From Vicinamibacterales bacterium (GTDB lineage Bacteria > Acidobacteriota > Vicinamibacteria > Vicinamibacterales > UBA8438), in contig OZ241898.1 in NCBI GenBank assembly GCA_965203525.1, positions 4,185,621 through 4,249,620 of the forward strand: a stretch of DNA of 64,000 nt, read 5' to 3'. The position numbers were made by a program, and so were the translations under genes. Numbering within the stretch: the stretch's first letter is position 1; the number at the start of each line of letters is the position of its first letter. The notes below the pieces were generated by a model. The model did not search any database. It saw only the letters and a program-made list of their open reading frames with translations, and had not been told where the DNA came from. Of this stretch, positions 18,222-26,738 are shown in pieces.

Positions 18222-18945
18222 ACACCCGTTCGGGGACGGCGCGCAGGATCAGCATGACGAGGCGCCAGACGCGGCGCACGTAGACGACGTCGCGGCGCCG
18301 GCGGATCGCCCGGACGACCGCTTCCGCGACTTCCTCCGGTTCCGCCGTCAGCCGCGCCGGCAGGTCCATCCCCTCGGTCATCCGCGTGCGCACGAAACCG
18401 GGCTTCACCGTCACGACGTGGACGCCGGACGCGGCCAGCCGGTTGCGCAGCCCGGACAGGAACGCGGTGAACCCCGCCTTGGCCGAGCCGTAGACGTAGT
18501 TCGCGGCGCGCCCCCGTTCGCCGGCCACCGAGCTGACGCCGACCAGGACGCCGCGGCGGCGTTCCGCGAACCGCTCGGCCAGCGCGCCCAGCAGCAGGGC
18601 CGGGCCGACGTAGTTGGTCCGCATCACCCGTTCGGCGGCCGCCGCGTTCCGCTGGCTCTCCGCCTGATCGCCGAGCAGCCCGACGACGCACACCGCCACC
18701 TCCGGCAGCGGATCGAGCCCGTCGAGCAGAGAAACGCCGCCGTCGGCGTCGAGCACGTCGCAACGGCGCACGGTCACCGCGGCGCCGGTACGCACCCGGA
18801 CGTCCTGCGCTTCTCTTTCGACCCGCGCCGGGTCGCGGCCCGCGAGCAGCAACGCCCGGCCGTCCGCCGCCAGCCTGCGCGCGACGGCGCGGCCGACGTC
18901 CGAGGTCGCCCCGATCACCAGCGCCGTCCCGCTCTCGTCGTTCAC
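18202..18945 (-). CDS. Short-chain dehydrogenase/reductase (SDR)
   Basis: Track ORF of 247 aa with VIGATSDVGRAV (TGxxxGxG-like), an NYVGP-type motif and YGSAKAG (YxxxK). Confidence 0.85.
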   Translation of the reverse strand: MNDESGTALVIGATSDVGRAVARRLAADGRALLLAGRDPARVEREAQDVRVRTGAAVTVRRCDVLDADGGVSLLDGLDPLPEVAVCVVGLLGDQAESQRNAAAAERVMRTNYVGPALLLGALAERFAERRRGVLVGVSSVAGERGRAANYVYGSAKAGFTAFLSGLRNRLAASGVHVVTVKPGFVRTRMTEGMDLPARLTAEPEEVAEAVVRAIRRRRDVVYVRRVWRLVMLILRAVPERVFKRLAV

Positions 18946-18949
18946 TGCG

Positions 18950-19345
18950 CTAACGCGGTCTGGTCCCGGTCCAGACGCCGGAGCCGTACCACACGAAGTG
19001 CCCCTCGTCGCCCCGGAGGGTGGCGTCTTCGAGCCGGCCGGAGAGGTTGATCGGCATGTCGCCGTCGAGGTCCGGCACGATGAACACGAACTCGATCGCG
19101 TCGCCGTCGACGGAGCCTTCGACCGGCAGGGCGCCCTCGCCGTCGTGCATGTCGATCTCGCCGCCCAGCGTCGCGCCGTCCTGCTCGAACGTGACGGTCC
19201 AGGTCTGCTCGCCGGTCTGCGTGTCCAGGTCGATCCGCCAGACGCCGCTCACGTCGGACTGCGCGCGGACGGCGGGGAGGCCGGCGGCAAGGGCGAGGAG
19301 GGCGCATCCCGCGAGGGCCATCATTCGCTGCGTACGTGGCGTCAT
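18950..19345 (-). CDS. Small secreted protein, unknown function
   Basis: Starts MTPRTQRMMALAGCALLALAAGLPAVRAQ (signal peptide) at ATG 19345, preceded by GGAGAG. About 105 aa mature. Confidence 0.6.
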   Translation of the reverse strand: MTPRTQRMMALAGCALLALAAGLPAVRAQSDVSGVWRIDLDTQTGEQTWTVTFEQDGATLGGEIDMHDGEGALPVEGSVDGDAIEFVFIVPDLDGDMPINLSGRLEDATLRGDEGHFVWYGSGVWTGTRPR

Positions 19346-19394
19346 CGTCTCTCCTGTCCGCTCGTGGCGCGGACGCCATTCTAGCCTGACGGCC

Positions 19395-19558
19395 ATCGGC
19401 GCAGCCCCGCGCCGCGGCGGGCGCCCACGGGCCGTTGGAAATCTCGCGGGCGATCGCTGCCGCCGGCGCCTGCGCCGAGGCCGCGAGATTTCCACAGGTC
19501 CAAAGCGCTTTCCTCGTTGATGACTCACACGGAAACCGTCATCCGGGGACCTGTCATA
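19395..19558 (+). repeat. Structured repeat element, copy B
   Basis: Hairpin tggaaatctcgcgg (19436-19449) / ccgcgagatttcca (19481-19494). Flanks are homologous to copies at 36996-37322 and 41480-41872. Confidence 0.85.
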
Positions 19559-19598
19559 TGTGAACCCCGAAAGCGTTATGCGGGTCGTCACCCGCCCG

Positions 19599-20507
19599 TC
19601 AGTCGGCGAGCCGCTCGTCGATCATCGCGACGCCGCCGAGCCGGTCCATCTGGGCGCGGATCCATCGCTGCCGCCGGCGGACGCGCTGCGACGGGGCGTC
19701 CACGCGCCACTCGGCGGGATTCGGCAGGACCGCCGCCAGCAGCGCCGCCTCGTCCGCGTGCAACTCGCGCGGGCGCTTGTCGAAGAACCGTTCGCTGGCC
19801 GCCGTGATCCCGAACACGCCCGGCCCGAACTCGGCGACGTTGAGGTACACCTCCAGGATCCGGCGCTTGCTCCAGCAGAGCTCGACGAGCATCGTCAGGT
19901 ACGCTTCGAGCCCCTTGCGGAACAGGCTGCGGCCCGGCCACAGGAACAGGTTCTTGGCGGTCTGCTGCGAGATGGTGCTTGCGCCGCGCAGCCGCTCGCC
20001 GTGCAGGGCGTCGCCCAGCGCGATGCGGATCGCCTCGACGTCGAAGCCGTTGTGGTCCGGGAACTTCTGGTCCTCGGACGCGATGACGGCGATCGCCGCC
20101 TCCGGCGCGATGCCGTCCCAGGCGGTCCAGCGGTACGGCGTCCGCGGCGCCGGCGCGGCGCCGTCCGCCGCCGCGCGCGCGTCCCGCAGCATGAAGGCGG
20201 TGGTCGGCGGCGGCGCCCAGCGCAGCACCACCACCGCCGTCAGCGGAACGACGAGACCGGCGGCCAGCAGCAGCAGACAGGAGTACCCGCAGATCCGCCC
20301 GACAAGCGCGAGCCACGTGCGGCGGGGCGGCTTGCGCCCGCGGCCGGTACGCCGCTTGCGGCCGGACGCCGCGGATCTCGACGCCCGCGCCGCTTGCGGC
20401 GGCTTGCGCGCGCGGCCGGTGCGCGGCGCGCCGGGGGCGCCCGTCGTCCCGCTCCGCGCGCGGCCGGAGCGGGACGAGGCGGGTTTCTTCGCGCGTGCGG
20501 TGCTCAT
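19599..20507 (-). CDS. mtgA: Monofunctional peptidoglycan glycosyltransferase
   Basis: Carries the GT51 motifs [15 protein letters not shown] and [16 protein letters not shown]. The start is chosen at MSTARAKK (ATG 20507); the track ORF extends to 20675. Has a basic N-terminal tail and a TM. Confidence 0.85.
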   Translation of the reverse strand: MSTARAKKPASSRSGRARSGTTGAPGAPRTGRARKPPQAARASRSAASGRKRRTGRGRKPPRRTWLALVGRICGYSCLLLLAAGLVVPLTAVVVLRWAPPPTTAFMLRDARAAADGAAPAPRTPYRWTAWDGIAPEAAIAVIASEDQKFPDHNGFDVEAIRIALGDALHGERLRGASTISQQTAKNLFLWPGRSLFRKGLEAYLTMLVELCWSKRRILEVYLNVAEFGPGVFGITAASERFFDKRPRELHADEAALLAAVLPNPAEWRVDAPSQRVRRRQRWIRAQMDRLGGVAMIDERLAD

Positions 20508-20655
20508 GGTGTCGGTTCGGATGGTCCCGGGACGTGCGCTCGATACGCGCCGGCGCGGACGACGCCCGGCGGCCGGGTCGGGCGGCCGGTGTCTTCGGCA
20601 CGGCGAAGCCGGCTCCTGTTCGTCTTGTCGGTCGTTCGGCGTACGATCGTGCGGC

Positions 20656-21156
20656 ATGCGACAGGATTTCGTCACGATGCTGAATCAACCAATCGTGTTC
20701 GGCGGGTCTCGCAGCCGAGACCCGACGCGATGCGCGGCCGCGGTGCTGTCTTTCGTTTGCCTGCTGCTCGGCGCGGTGGCGGAGGCCGGTCTCTGCGTGC
20801 AAAAGCCGCCTGAGATCACGCCCGAGACGTGGGTGGCGCCGGCGCCGGACGCGGTGACGCCGGTGGAAGCGAAGCTCGACGGCGCCTTGCTGGAGCTGGT
20901 GCGCGGGCAGCGGGACGGCCGGGATGCGGGCGCGTCGTCCGACGGCGGCCGGGTGGCGGTGGAGATCGTCTGCGAGTCGCCGGACCACGTGGCGGCGGTT
21001 CGGGAGCAGGTCGTCGCGGCCGGTGGCGCGGTCACGGCCAGCTTCGAAGATCATCTCTGGGCCGAAGTGCCGCTCGCGGCGGTCGAGGGACTCGCCGCGA
21101 CGCCGGCGGTCTGGACGATGGCGTTGCATCGCGCCGTGGCCCGGCCCGCGCGGTGA
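20656..21156 (+). CDS. Hypothetical secreted protein (weak resemblance to subtilase propeptide-like domains)
   Basis: C-terminal part of track ORF 19777..21156, with ATG at 20656 or 20677. Has a hydrophobic signal-like segment ([18 protein letters not shown]). Function is not supported. Confidence 0.35.
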   Translation: MRQDFVTMLNQPIVFGGSRSRDPTRCAAAVLSFVCLLLGAVAEAGLCVQKPPEITPETWVAPAPDAVTPVEAKLDGALLELVRGQRDGRDAGASSDGGRVAVEIVCESPDHVAAVREQVVAAGGAVTASFEDHLWAEVPLAAVEGLAATPAVWTMALHRAVARPAR

Positions 21157-21421
21157 CGCCGGTTGCGGCGCGGCGCTGAAATCCGGTGGCCGGACACCGC
21201 CGGAACACCGCCAAGAGGCCACGTGATTGCGACGGACGACGACAGCGGCGAAGACACGACGTTCCGCCCCGCGATCGGGGCGCCACCCGCCAATCCACCA
21301 GGGCAACGGATAACATTGCCGGCATGGCGCCGCGCGAGCGCCCGGCCCGGGTCGCCCGCGGTGAATCGTCACCGGATTGCCGGCACCGAAGTCGCTGCCG
21401 CGGCTGAAGGAGGTGGAGACG

Positions 21422-22462
21422 ATGCTGTCCGAGAACGTGCGGGAGTGGACGGCGGAGTGGGTGGCGGAAGGCCGCGCGAAGGGGATCGAACAGGGCCGCG
21501 CGGAGGGGATCGAACAGGGCCGCTCGGAGGAACGCGCACTGCTGTGCCGGCAGGCGGCGCGGAAGTTCGACGACGACGCCCGACGCCTGGCGGCGGTGCT
21601 GGCGGAGGTCGCCGATCCGGAGCGGCTGGCACAGGTCGGTGACTGGATCATCGAGTGCGGGACAGAGGCCGAACTGTTCGCCCGGGTGGCGGAGGTCCAC
21701 GGGGCCGGCGCGCAACGCTCCGCGGCGGTGCTGGCGGAGGTCGCCGATCCGGAGCGGCTGACGCAGGCCGGCGGCGGGATCGTCGAATGCGCGACGGGGG
21801 CCGAACCGTTCGCCCCGGTGGCGGAGGCCCGCTGGTCCCCGACTGAAGTGCCGCCGCGGATGGAAGACGTGATACTGCTGGTCAAAGACAAGGAGAAATG
21901 GAAGGCGCTGTGGGTGGCTGAAGGCCGCGCAGAAGGGCTTGAACAGGGCCGTGAGCAGGGGCGCGAGCAGGTCCGCGTGGAGAAATGCGCGCTGCTGTGC
22001 CGGCAAGCGGCGCGGAAGTTCGACGACGACGACACCCAACGCCTGGCGGCCGTGCTGGCCGAGGTCACCGATCCGGAGCGGCTGGCGGAGGTCGGCGACT
22101 GGATCATCGATTGTGGGACGGAGGCCGAACTGTTCGCCCGGGTGGCGGACGCTCGCCGGCCTGGAACCGAAGCGCCGCGGCTGGGGAAGGCACAGACGCG
22201 GATCGTCGAACAGGTGTGGGAATGGCTGGCGGAGTGGGCGGCGAAAGGCCGCGCGGAGGGTCTGGAGCAGGGCCGCTCGGAGGAACGCGCGCTGCTGTGC
22301 CGTCTGGCGGCGCGGAAGTTCGACGCCGGCACCGCGCAACGGCTGGCCGCGGCGCTGGCGGAGGTCTCGGACCCGGAGCGGCTGGCGGAGGTGGGCGACT
22401 GGATCATCGAGTGCGGGACGGAGGCCGAGCTGCTGGCCCGCGTCGCCCGCCGCGGTTCCTGA
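21422..22462 (+). CDS. Protein made of three (plus one partial) tandem DUF4351-like modules
   Basis: ATG 21422 is preceded by GGAGGTGGAG. The unit W(V/A)AEGRAEG(I/L)EQGRSEERALLCR.AARKFD....RLAAVLAEV.DPERLAEVGDWIIECGTEAELFARVA repeats. No PD-(D/E)xK nuclease domain is present. Confidence 0.65.
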   Translation: MLSENVREWTAEWVAEGRAKGIEQGRAEGIEQGRSEERALLCRQAARKFDDDARRLAAVLAEVADPERLAQVGDWIIECGTEAELFARVAEVHGAGAQRSAAVLAEVADPERLTQAGGGIVECATGAEPFAPVAEARWSPTEVPPRMEDVILLVKDKEKWKALWVAEGRAEGLEQGREQGREQVRVEKCALLCRQAARKFDDDDTQRLAAVLAEVTDPERLAEVGDWIIDCGTEAELFARVADARRPGTEAPRLGKAQTRIVEQVWEWLAEWAAKGRAEGLEQGRSEERALLCRLAARKFDAGTAQRLAAALAEVSDPERLAEVGDWIIECGTEAELLARVARRGS

Positions 22463-23409
22463 CGGCGCGGCGGGGTGGCCGAGATCGTCAGGGCGTCGCC
22501 GCGGCGCTGCTGATCCTGGCCGCCGCCGGCTGCGCCGCGCGCGCCGCCCCGGACCCGTCGGCCGCCGTCACCGACGCGCGGACGGCGGTGCGGGTCAAGA
22601 CGGCGCTCGTCAACGACCCCGCGCTCGGCACGCTGCCGATCGACGTCCGGGCGCAGGCAGGCGTCGTCACCCTCCACGGCACGGTGCGGTCGGCCGCCGA
22701 GGCGGATCGGGCGCTGGCCCTCGCGCGCGGCGTTCCGGGGGTGGCCCGGGTCGAATCGGCCCTGGCGATCGGGGATGCGGAGCCGTCCCCGGACGCCCGG
22801 AGCCGGCGGGCGGACCGGGGCGGCGCGCCGCCCCGCCCGCGGCTGCCCGCGCTGGCGCCTCGTCCCGAGGGAGGTCCGTTGCGCCTCGTCGGCCTGGGTG
22901 CGTCGGTGCGCGTCACGCGGCCGTCGGAGACGACCCTGGAGCGCGCGCTGGCCGCGGGGCCGTTGCTGCGCCTGCGCCCGCGGAACGGACTGGGGCCGTC
23001 GGTGGCGTTCAACTGGACGAACGCGGAGATCGGGAGCGGTCCCGGGGGACGGCCGGGGCTCGCCGCGCTGCGGTTGCGGCCGGTGATGGGCGGCGTCGAG
23101 TTCGGCGCGGCCCGGGGGCGGTTCTGGGCCGGCGCCTCGATCGTGGCGGGGTACTCGTTCAACCGGCTGCAGGTCGACACGACGCGGGCGGGTCCCGGCC
23201 GGGCGGTCGCCGTGGGGAACAGCTTCGTCTGGCGTCCCGGCGCCGCGGTCTGGATCGACGTGACGAGGCGGGTCGGGATCAACGTGTTCGGCGGGTACCT
23301 GTTCACGAGTCCCGCGGTGACGTTCGCGAGCGACGCGTCGATCGTCACCGAGCGCACGAGCGCGAATGCGGCCGTCGTGAGCGTGGGCGTCGCGTACTGG
23401 ATCTTCTGA
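22411..23409 (+). CDS. BON-domain lipoprotein with C-terminal beta-barrel-like region
   Basis: Has a lipobox (LILAAAGC), a BON domain (VRVKTALVNDPALGTLPIDVRAQAGVVTLHGTVRS..VPGVARVES) and ends AYWIF. The start is uncertain; GTG 22411 is the nearest in-frame start. Confidence 0.6.
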   Translation: MRDGGRAAGPRRPPRFLTARRGGRDRQGVAAALLILAAAGCAARAAPDPSAAVTDARTAVRVKTALVNDPALGTLPIDVRAQAGVVTLHGTVRSAAEADRALALARGVPGVARVESALAIGDAEPSPDARSRRADRGGAPPRPRLPALAPRPEGGPLRLVGLGASVRVTRPSETTLERALAAGPLLRLRPRNGLGPSVAFNWTNAEIGSGPGGRPGLAALRLRPVMGGVEFGAARGRFWAGASIVAGYSFNRLQVDTTRAGPGRAVAVGNSFVWRPGAAVWIDVTRRVGINVFGGYLFTSPAVTFASDASIVTERTSANAAVVSVGVAYWIF

Positions 23410-23423
23410 GAGTCGCCCCAGCC

Positions 23424-24233
23424 ATGCCGCGGACGACGGAGCACGGGACGGCGGGCGTCGTCCGCGCGGCGGTCGTGGCGGGCCTGGCGGGCGGAGGGCG
23501 CGCCGCGGTCTTCGCGGGCCGCGCGTTGCGCGAGACGTTCCGGCCGCCGTTCGAGCTCCGGGAGACGGCGCGGCAGGTGCACGAGATCGGCTGGCGCTCG
23601 CTGCCGCTGATCGCCGCCGCCGGCTACGCGGTCGGCATCGTGATGTCGATGCACACGCGGGCGTCCCTGGAACGGTTCGGCGCCGAGGCGCTCATCCCGG
23701 CGGCGCTCGCCCTCGCCCTAGTGCGCGAGACCGGGCCGCTCGTGGTCGGGCTGCTCGTCTCGGGGCGGGTCGGCGCCGGCGTCGGGGCGGAGCTCGGGGC
23801 GATGAAGGTGACCGAGCAGATCGACGCGCTCGAGGCGGTGGCGGTCGATTCGTTCAAGTTCCTGGTGGTGACGCGCGTCGTGGCGTGCATGGTCGCGATG
23901 CCGATCCTGACCGCGGTGATGAACTTCATGGGCATCGTCGGCGGCTGGACGGCGGAGTCGGCCGTCTCCGGCATGGGCTTCCAGACCTACTTCCGGGCCG
24001 CCTTCTCGCTCGTCGAATTCACCGACTACGTGCCCGGTACGCTCAAGACGATGGTCTTCGGGTTCATCATCGCGGTCACCGCGTCGTATCTCGGCGTCCA
24101 CGCCTCGGGCGGCACCCAGGGGGTGGGCCGCGCCGCGACCCGCGCCGTGGTCACCGCGTCGATCCTGATGATCGCGGCCAACGTGGTGCTGGTGCGCCTG
24201 ATCTTCTTCCTCTTTCCGGAGACGGCGGAGTGA
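23424..24233 (+). CDS. mlaE: MlaE-type ABC transporter permease
   Basis: Starts MPRTTEHG at ATG 23424. Contains LVRETGPLVVGLLVSGRVGAGVGAELGAMKVTEQIDALE, the typical MlaE signature. Confidence 0.85.
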   Translation: MPRTTEHGTAGVVRAAVVAGLAGGGRAAVFAGRALRETFRPPFELRETARQVHEIGWRSLPLIAAAGYAVGIVMSMHTRASLERFGAEALIPAALALALVRETGPLVVGLLVSGRVGAGVGAELGAMKVTEQIDALEAVAVDSFKFLVVTRVVACMVAMPILTAVMNFMGIVGGWTAESAVSGMGFQTYFRAAFSLVEFTDYVPGTLKTMVFGFIIAVTASYLGVHASGGTQGVGRAATRAVVTASILMIAANVVLVRLIFFLFPETAE

Positions 24234-25099
24234 GCGCTGCCGGGGACCGCGGCGCGCGGGCTGCCGGTGGCCGCGGCGCGGGCGAGCCGGCCGCGGCGAT
24301 CCGCCCGCCGCATCGCGCTCTTCGCCGCGTATCGTCAGGCGGCCGCGGCGCGGACGAGCCGGCCGCGGCGATCCGGCTCGACCGCGTGTCGAAGGCGTTC
24401 GGCGCGTTCCGGGTGCTCGACGACGTGTCGCTCCGCATCCCGCGCGGCCGCGCGACGGTGGTGCTCGGCCGCAGCGGGACCGGCAAGAGCGTGATGCTGC
24501 GGCACGTCGTCGGCCTGCTGCAGCCGGACGCGGGCCGGGTCTTCGTGGACGACGCGGAGATCACCGCGCTGCCGCCGGCGGCGCTGGCCGCGGTGCGCCG
24601 GCGGATCGGCTTCCTGTTCCAGAACGCGGCGCTGTTCGACTCGATCACGGTCGCCGAGAACGTGGCGTTCCCGCTGCGGCGGCACACGACGCTCCCGGAC
24701 GCGCAGGTGCGGGCGCGCGCGCTGGAGAAGCTGGCCGCGGTCGGGCTGGCCCGCGCGGCCGAATCGATGCCGGGGTCGCTCTCGGGGGGCATGCGCAAGC
24801 GGGCCGGGCTGGCGCGGGCGATGGCGCTCGATCCGGCGATCCTGCTGGTGGACGAGCCGAGCGCGGGCCTCGACCCGGTCACCTCCGGGGAGATCGACGA
24901 CCTGCTCGTGCGCGTCAAGGCGGAGCGCGGCACGACGCTGATCGTGGTCACCCACAACATCCCGAGCGCGCGGCGCATCGCGGACACGATGCTGTTCCTG
25001 CACGAGGGCCGGGTGCTGGCCCGCGGCACGGCCGGCGACCTGGAGCGGAGCGAGCACGAGCTGGTGCGGCGGTTCATGCGGTCGGAAGCGGGCGGGTGA
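24230..25099 (+). CDS. mlaF: MlaF-type ABC transporter ATPase
   Basis: GTG 24230 overlaps the mlaE stop (GTGA). Walker A is GRSGTGKS, the signature is LSGGMRKR and Walker B is ILLVDEP. The N-terminus contains a 72-bp in-frame duplication. Confidence 0.85.
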   Translation: MSAAGDRGARAAGGRGAGEPAAAIRPPHRALRRVSSGGRGADEPAAAIRLDRVSKAFGAFRVLDDVSLRIPRGRATVVLGRSGTGKSVMLRHVVGLLQPDAGRVFVDDAEITALPPAALAAVRRRIGFLFQNAALFDSITVAENVAFPLRRHTTLPDAQVRARALEKLAAVGLARAAESMPGSLSGGMRKRAGLARAMALDPAILLVDEPSAGLDPVTSGEIDDLLVRVKAERGTTLIVVTHNIPSARRIADTMLFLHEGRVLARGTAGDLERSEHELVRRFMRSEAGG

Positions 25100-25176
25100 C
25101 GGGCGGCACGGCCGGCGACCTGGAGCGGAGCGAGCACGAGCTGGTGCGGCGGTTCATGCGGTCGGAAGCGGGCGGC
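25025..25176. repeat. Tandem duplication (period 80 bp) of the last 72 bp of mlaF
   Basis: ggcacggccggcgacctggagcggagcgagcacgagctggtgcggcggttcatgcggtcggaagcgggcgg occurs at 25025-25096 and again at 25105-25176. Confidence 0.9.
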
Positions 25177-25207
25177 CGCGGAGACGCGCACGGAAAGGGA
25201 GGATGAG

Positions 25208-26557
25208 ATGGGTTCCCCACGCCTGGCGCTGGTCGGCGCGTTCGTGATCGGCGGGCTGCTGCTGTTCGCGGTCGGCCTGTTCCTGATCGGCGACCGCCGC
25301 CTGCTGTTCAGCGAGCAGTTCGAGATAGAAGCCGACTTCGGCAACGTGGCCGGAGTGCAGATCGGCACCGGCGTGCGGCTGTCGGGGCTGCCGGCGGGCG
25401 AAGTGGTCGGCATCGGGATTCCCGACCGGCCGGGCGGCCGGTTCGTGGTGCGGATGCGCGTCCGCGAGGATCTGCGCGCGCTGGTGCGCACCGACTCGGA
25501 GGCGGCGATCCTGTCGGACGGGCTGCTCGGCTCGGCGTTCATCCAGTTGCGCGCCGGCACCGCGGCGGCTCCTCTCGTCTCCGACGGCGGCGCGCTGGCC
25601 GGCGTCGACGCGGTGGCGGTCGCCGACCTGATCGCGGAAGGCCGGGAGACGTTCCGCATCGCCGCCGCCGAGATCGGGCAGATGCGGGCGGATCTGTCCG
25701 AGGCCTTCAGCGGCTACGAGGAGATCATCGCGAGCACGACCCGCCTCGTCGAGGGCGTCGGGAACGACGTCGGGCGGGTGACCGGCGCCAGCGCGCGCCT
25801 GATCGACGAGACGCGGGGCATGGTCGCCGAGGTGCGCCAGGTGATGGGCGCGGTGACGGCCGGGCAGGACGCCGTCGGGCGCGTGCTCGGCGAGACCGAG
25901 GGGACGATGCGGGCGGTGCGCGAGAGCGCCGAGCACGTCGAGGCGGCGGTCGCCCGTTTCAGCGGCCCCGACAGCGCCGCCGAGCGGCTGCTGGTCGAAG
26001 CCGGCGAGGTGATGATCCGCGCCCGCGAGGCGATGGCGGACGTCGCGGACAACACCGAGGCGTTGAAGCGGAACTGGCTCTTCCGGGGCTACTTCGCCGA
26101 ACGCGGGTTCTACAACCTGGACGAGCTGACCGTCGAAGAGTACCGCACGCTCCTGCGCGACGACCGGTATGCGCCGCTCCGCATCTGGCTCGCCGCCGAC
26201 CGCCTGTTCGAGACCGATCCGGACGGCGGCCCGCGGCTGCGCGACGGAGCCGGACGGCGGATCGCCGAGGCGATGGGCGAGCTGCTCCAGTACCCGCGCA
26301 GCAGTCCGATCGTCGTGGAGGGCTACGCCACCGAGGGCGGGGTCGGGCGGCGCATGCTCGACGCGCACGCGCGCGCCGAGGTGGTCGAGCGCCATCTCGC
26401 GCGGACGTTCCGCCGCGCGGGCGCCACCGGCACGATGGCGCTCGGCGCCGAGGCGGCGGAGAGCCCGTCCGGCGACGGGCGCTGGGACGGCGTGGCGTTG
26501 ACGCTGTTCGCGGACCCGCGGGCGCTGGCGCAAGCCGCCGCCTCGTCCGCCGAGTGA
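25208..26557 (+). CDS. mlaD: MlaD/MCE-domain protein with long C-terminal extension
   Basis: Track ORF of 449 aa. Has an N-terminal TM, an MCE domain (FGNVAGVQIGTGVRLSGLPAGEV) and coiled-coil-like repeats. The C-terminal segment PIVVEGYA resembles OmpA-like domains. Confidence 0.8.
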   Translation: MGSPRLALVGAFVIGGLLLFAVGLFLIGDRRLLFSEQFEIEADFGNVAGVQIGTGVRLSGLPAGEVVGIGIPDRPGGRFVVRMRVREDLRALVRTDSEAAILSDGLLGSAFIQLRAGTAAAPLVSDGGALAGVDAVAVADLIAEGRETFRIAAAEIGQMRADLSEAFSGYEEIIASTTRLVEGVGNDVGRVTGASARLIDETRGMVAEVRQVMGAVTAGQDAVGRVLGETEGTMRAVRESAEHVEAAVARFSGPDSAAERLLVEAGEVMIRAREAMADVADNTEALKRNWLFRGYFAERGFYNLDELTVEEYRTLLRDDRYAPLRIWLAADRLFETDPDGGPRLRDGAGRRIAEAMGELLQYPRSSPIVVEGYATEGGVGRRMLDAHARAEVVERHLARTFRRAGATGTMALGAEAAESPSGDGRWDGVALTLFADPRALAQAAASSAE

Positions 26558-26566
26558 CGGATCGCG

Positions 26567-26715
26567 CCCCGTCCGCGCGCGGCGTGACGGAGCAGCGCCC
26601 TGCATGACGTCGCCAGTCCATTCAGGACTCCGTCCGCGCACGCGCGACGGAGCCAGTCAAGACCGGCAAGACGCGCGCCAGCAGCAGCCCCGTCCGCGCC
26701 CGCGCGCCGGAGCAG
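26567..26715. terminator. Three tandem GC-rich hairpin units (period about 60 bp) between convergent genes
   Basis: Units c(c/t)ccgtccgcgc...g(a/c)cggagc occur at 26567, 26627 and 26688. In unit 2, ctccgtc pairs with gacggag. No U-tracts are present. Confidence 0.45.
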
Positions 26716-26738
26716 CCGGGACCGCGCCCGGGGCGCGA

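Noticed and set aside
19436-19494. The hairpin of the repeat element interpreted as an integron attC site.
   Set aside because: There is no intI-type integrase next to the copies. There are no RYYYAAC / GTTRRRY core sites at the stem ends, and no cassette-array organisation.
19588-22677. 1029-aa ORF on the minus strand. Similar giants occur at 57772..62058 (-, 1428 aa), 57861..61277 (+, 1138 aa), 54233..56569 (upstream part), 26323..28542 and others.
   Set aside because: They are Arg/Pro/Gly/Ala-rich low-complexity translations typical of open antisense or off-frame reading in ~70% G+C DNA. Each is overlapped by motif-supported genes in another frame or strand (MtgA, DUF4351 protein, ADOP permeases, secreted paralogues).
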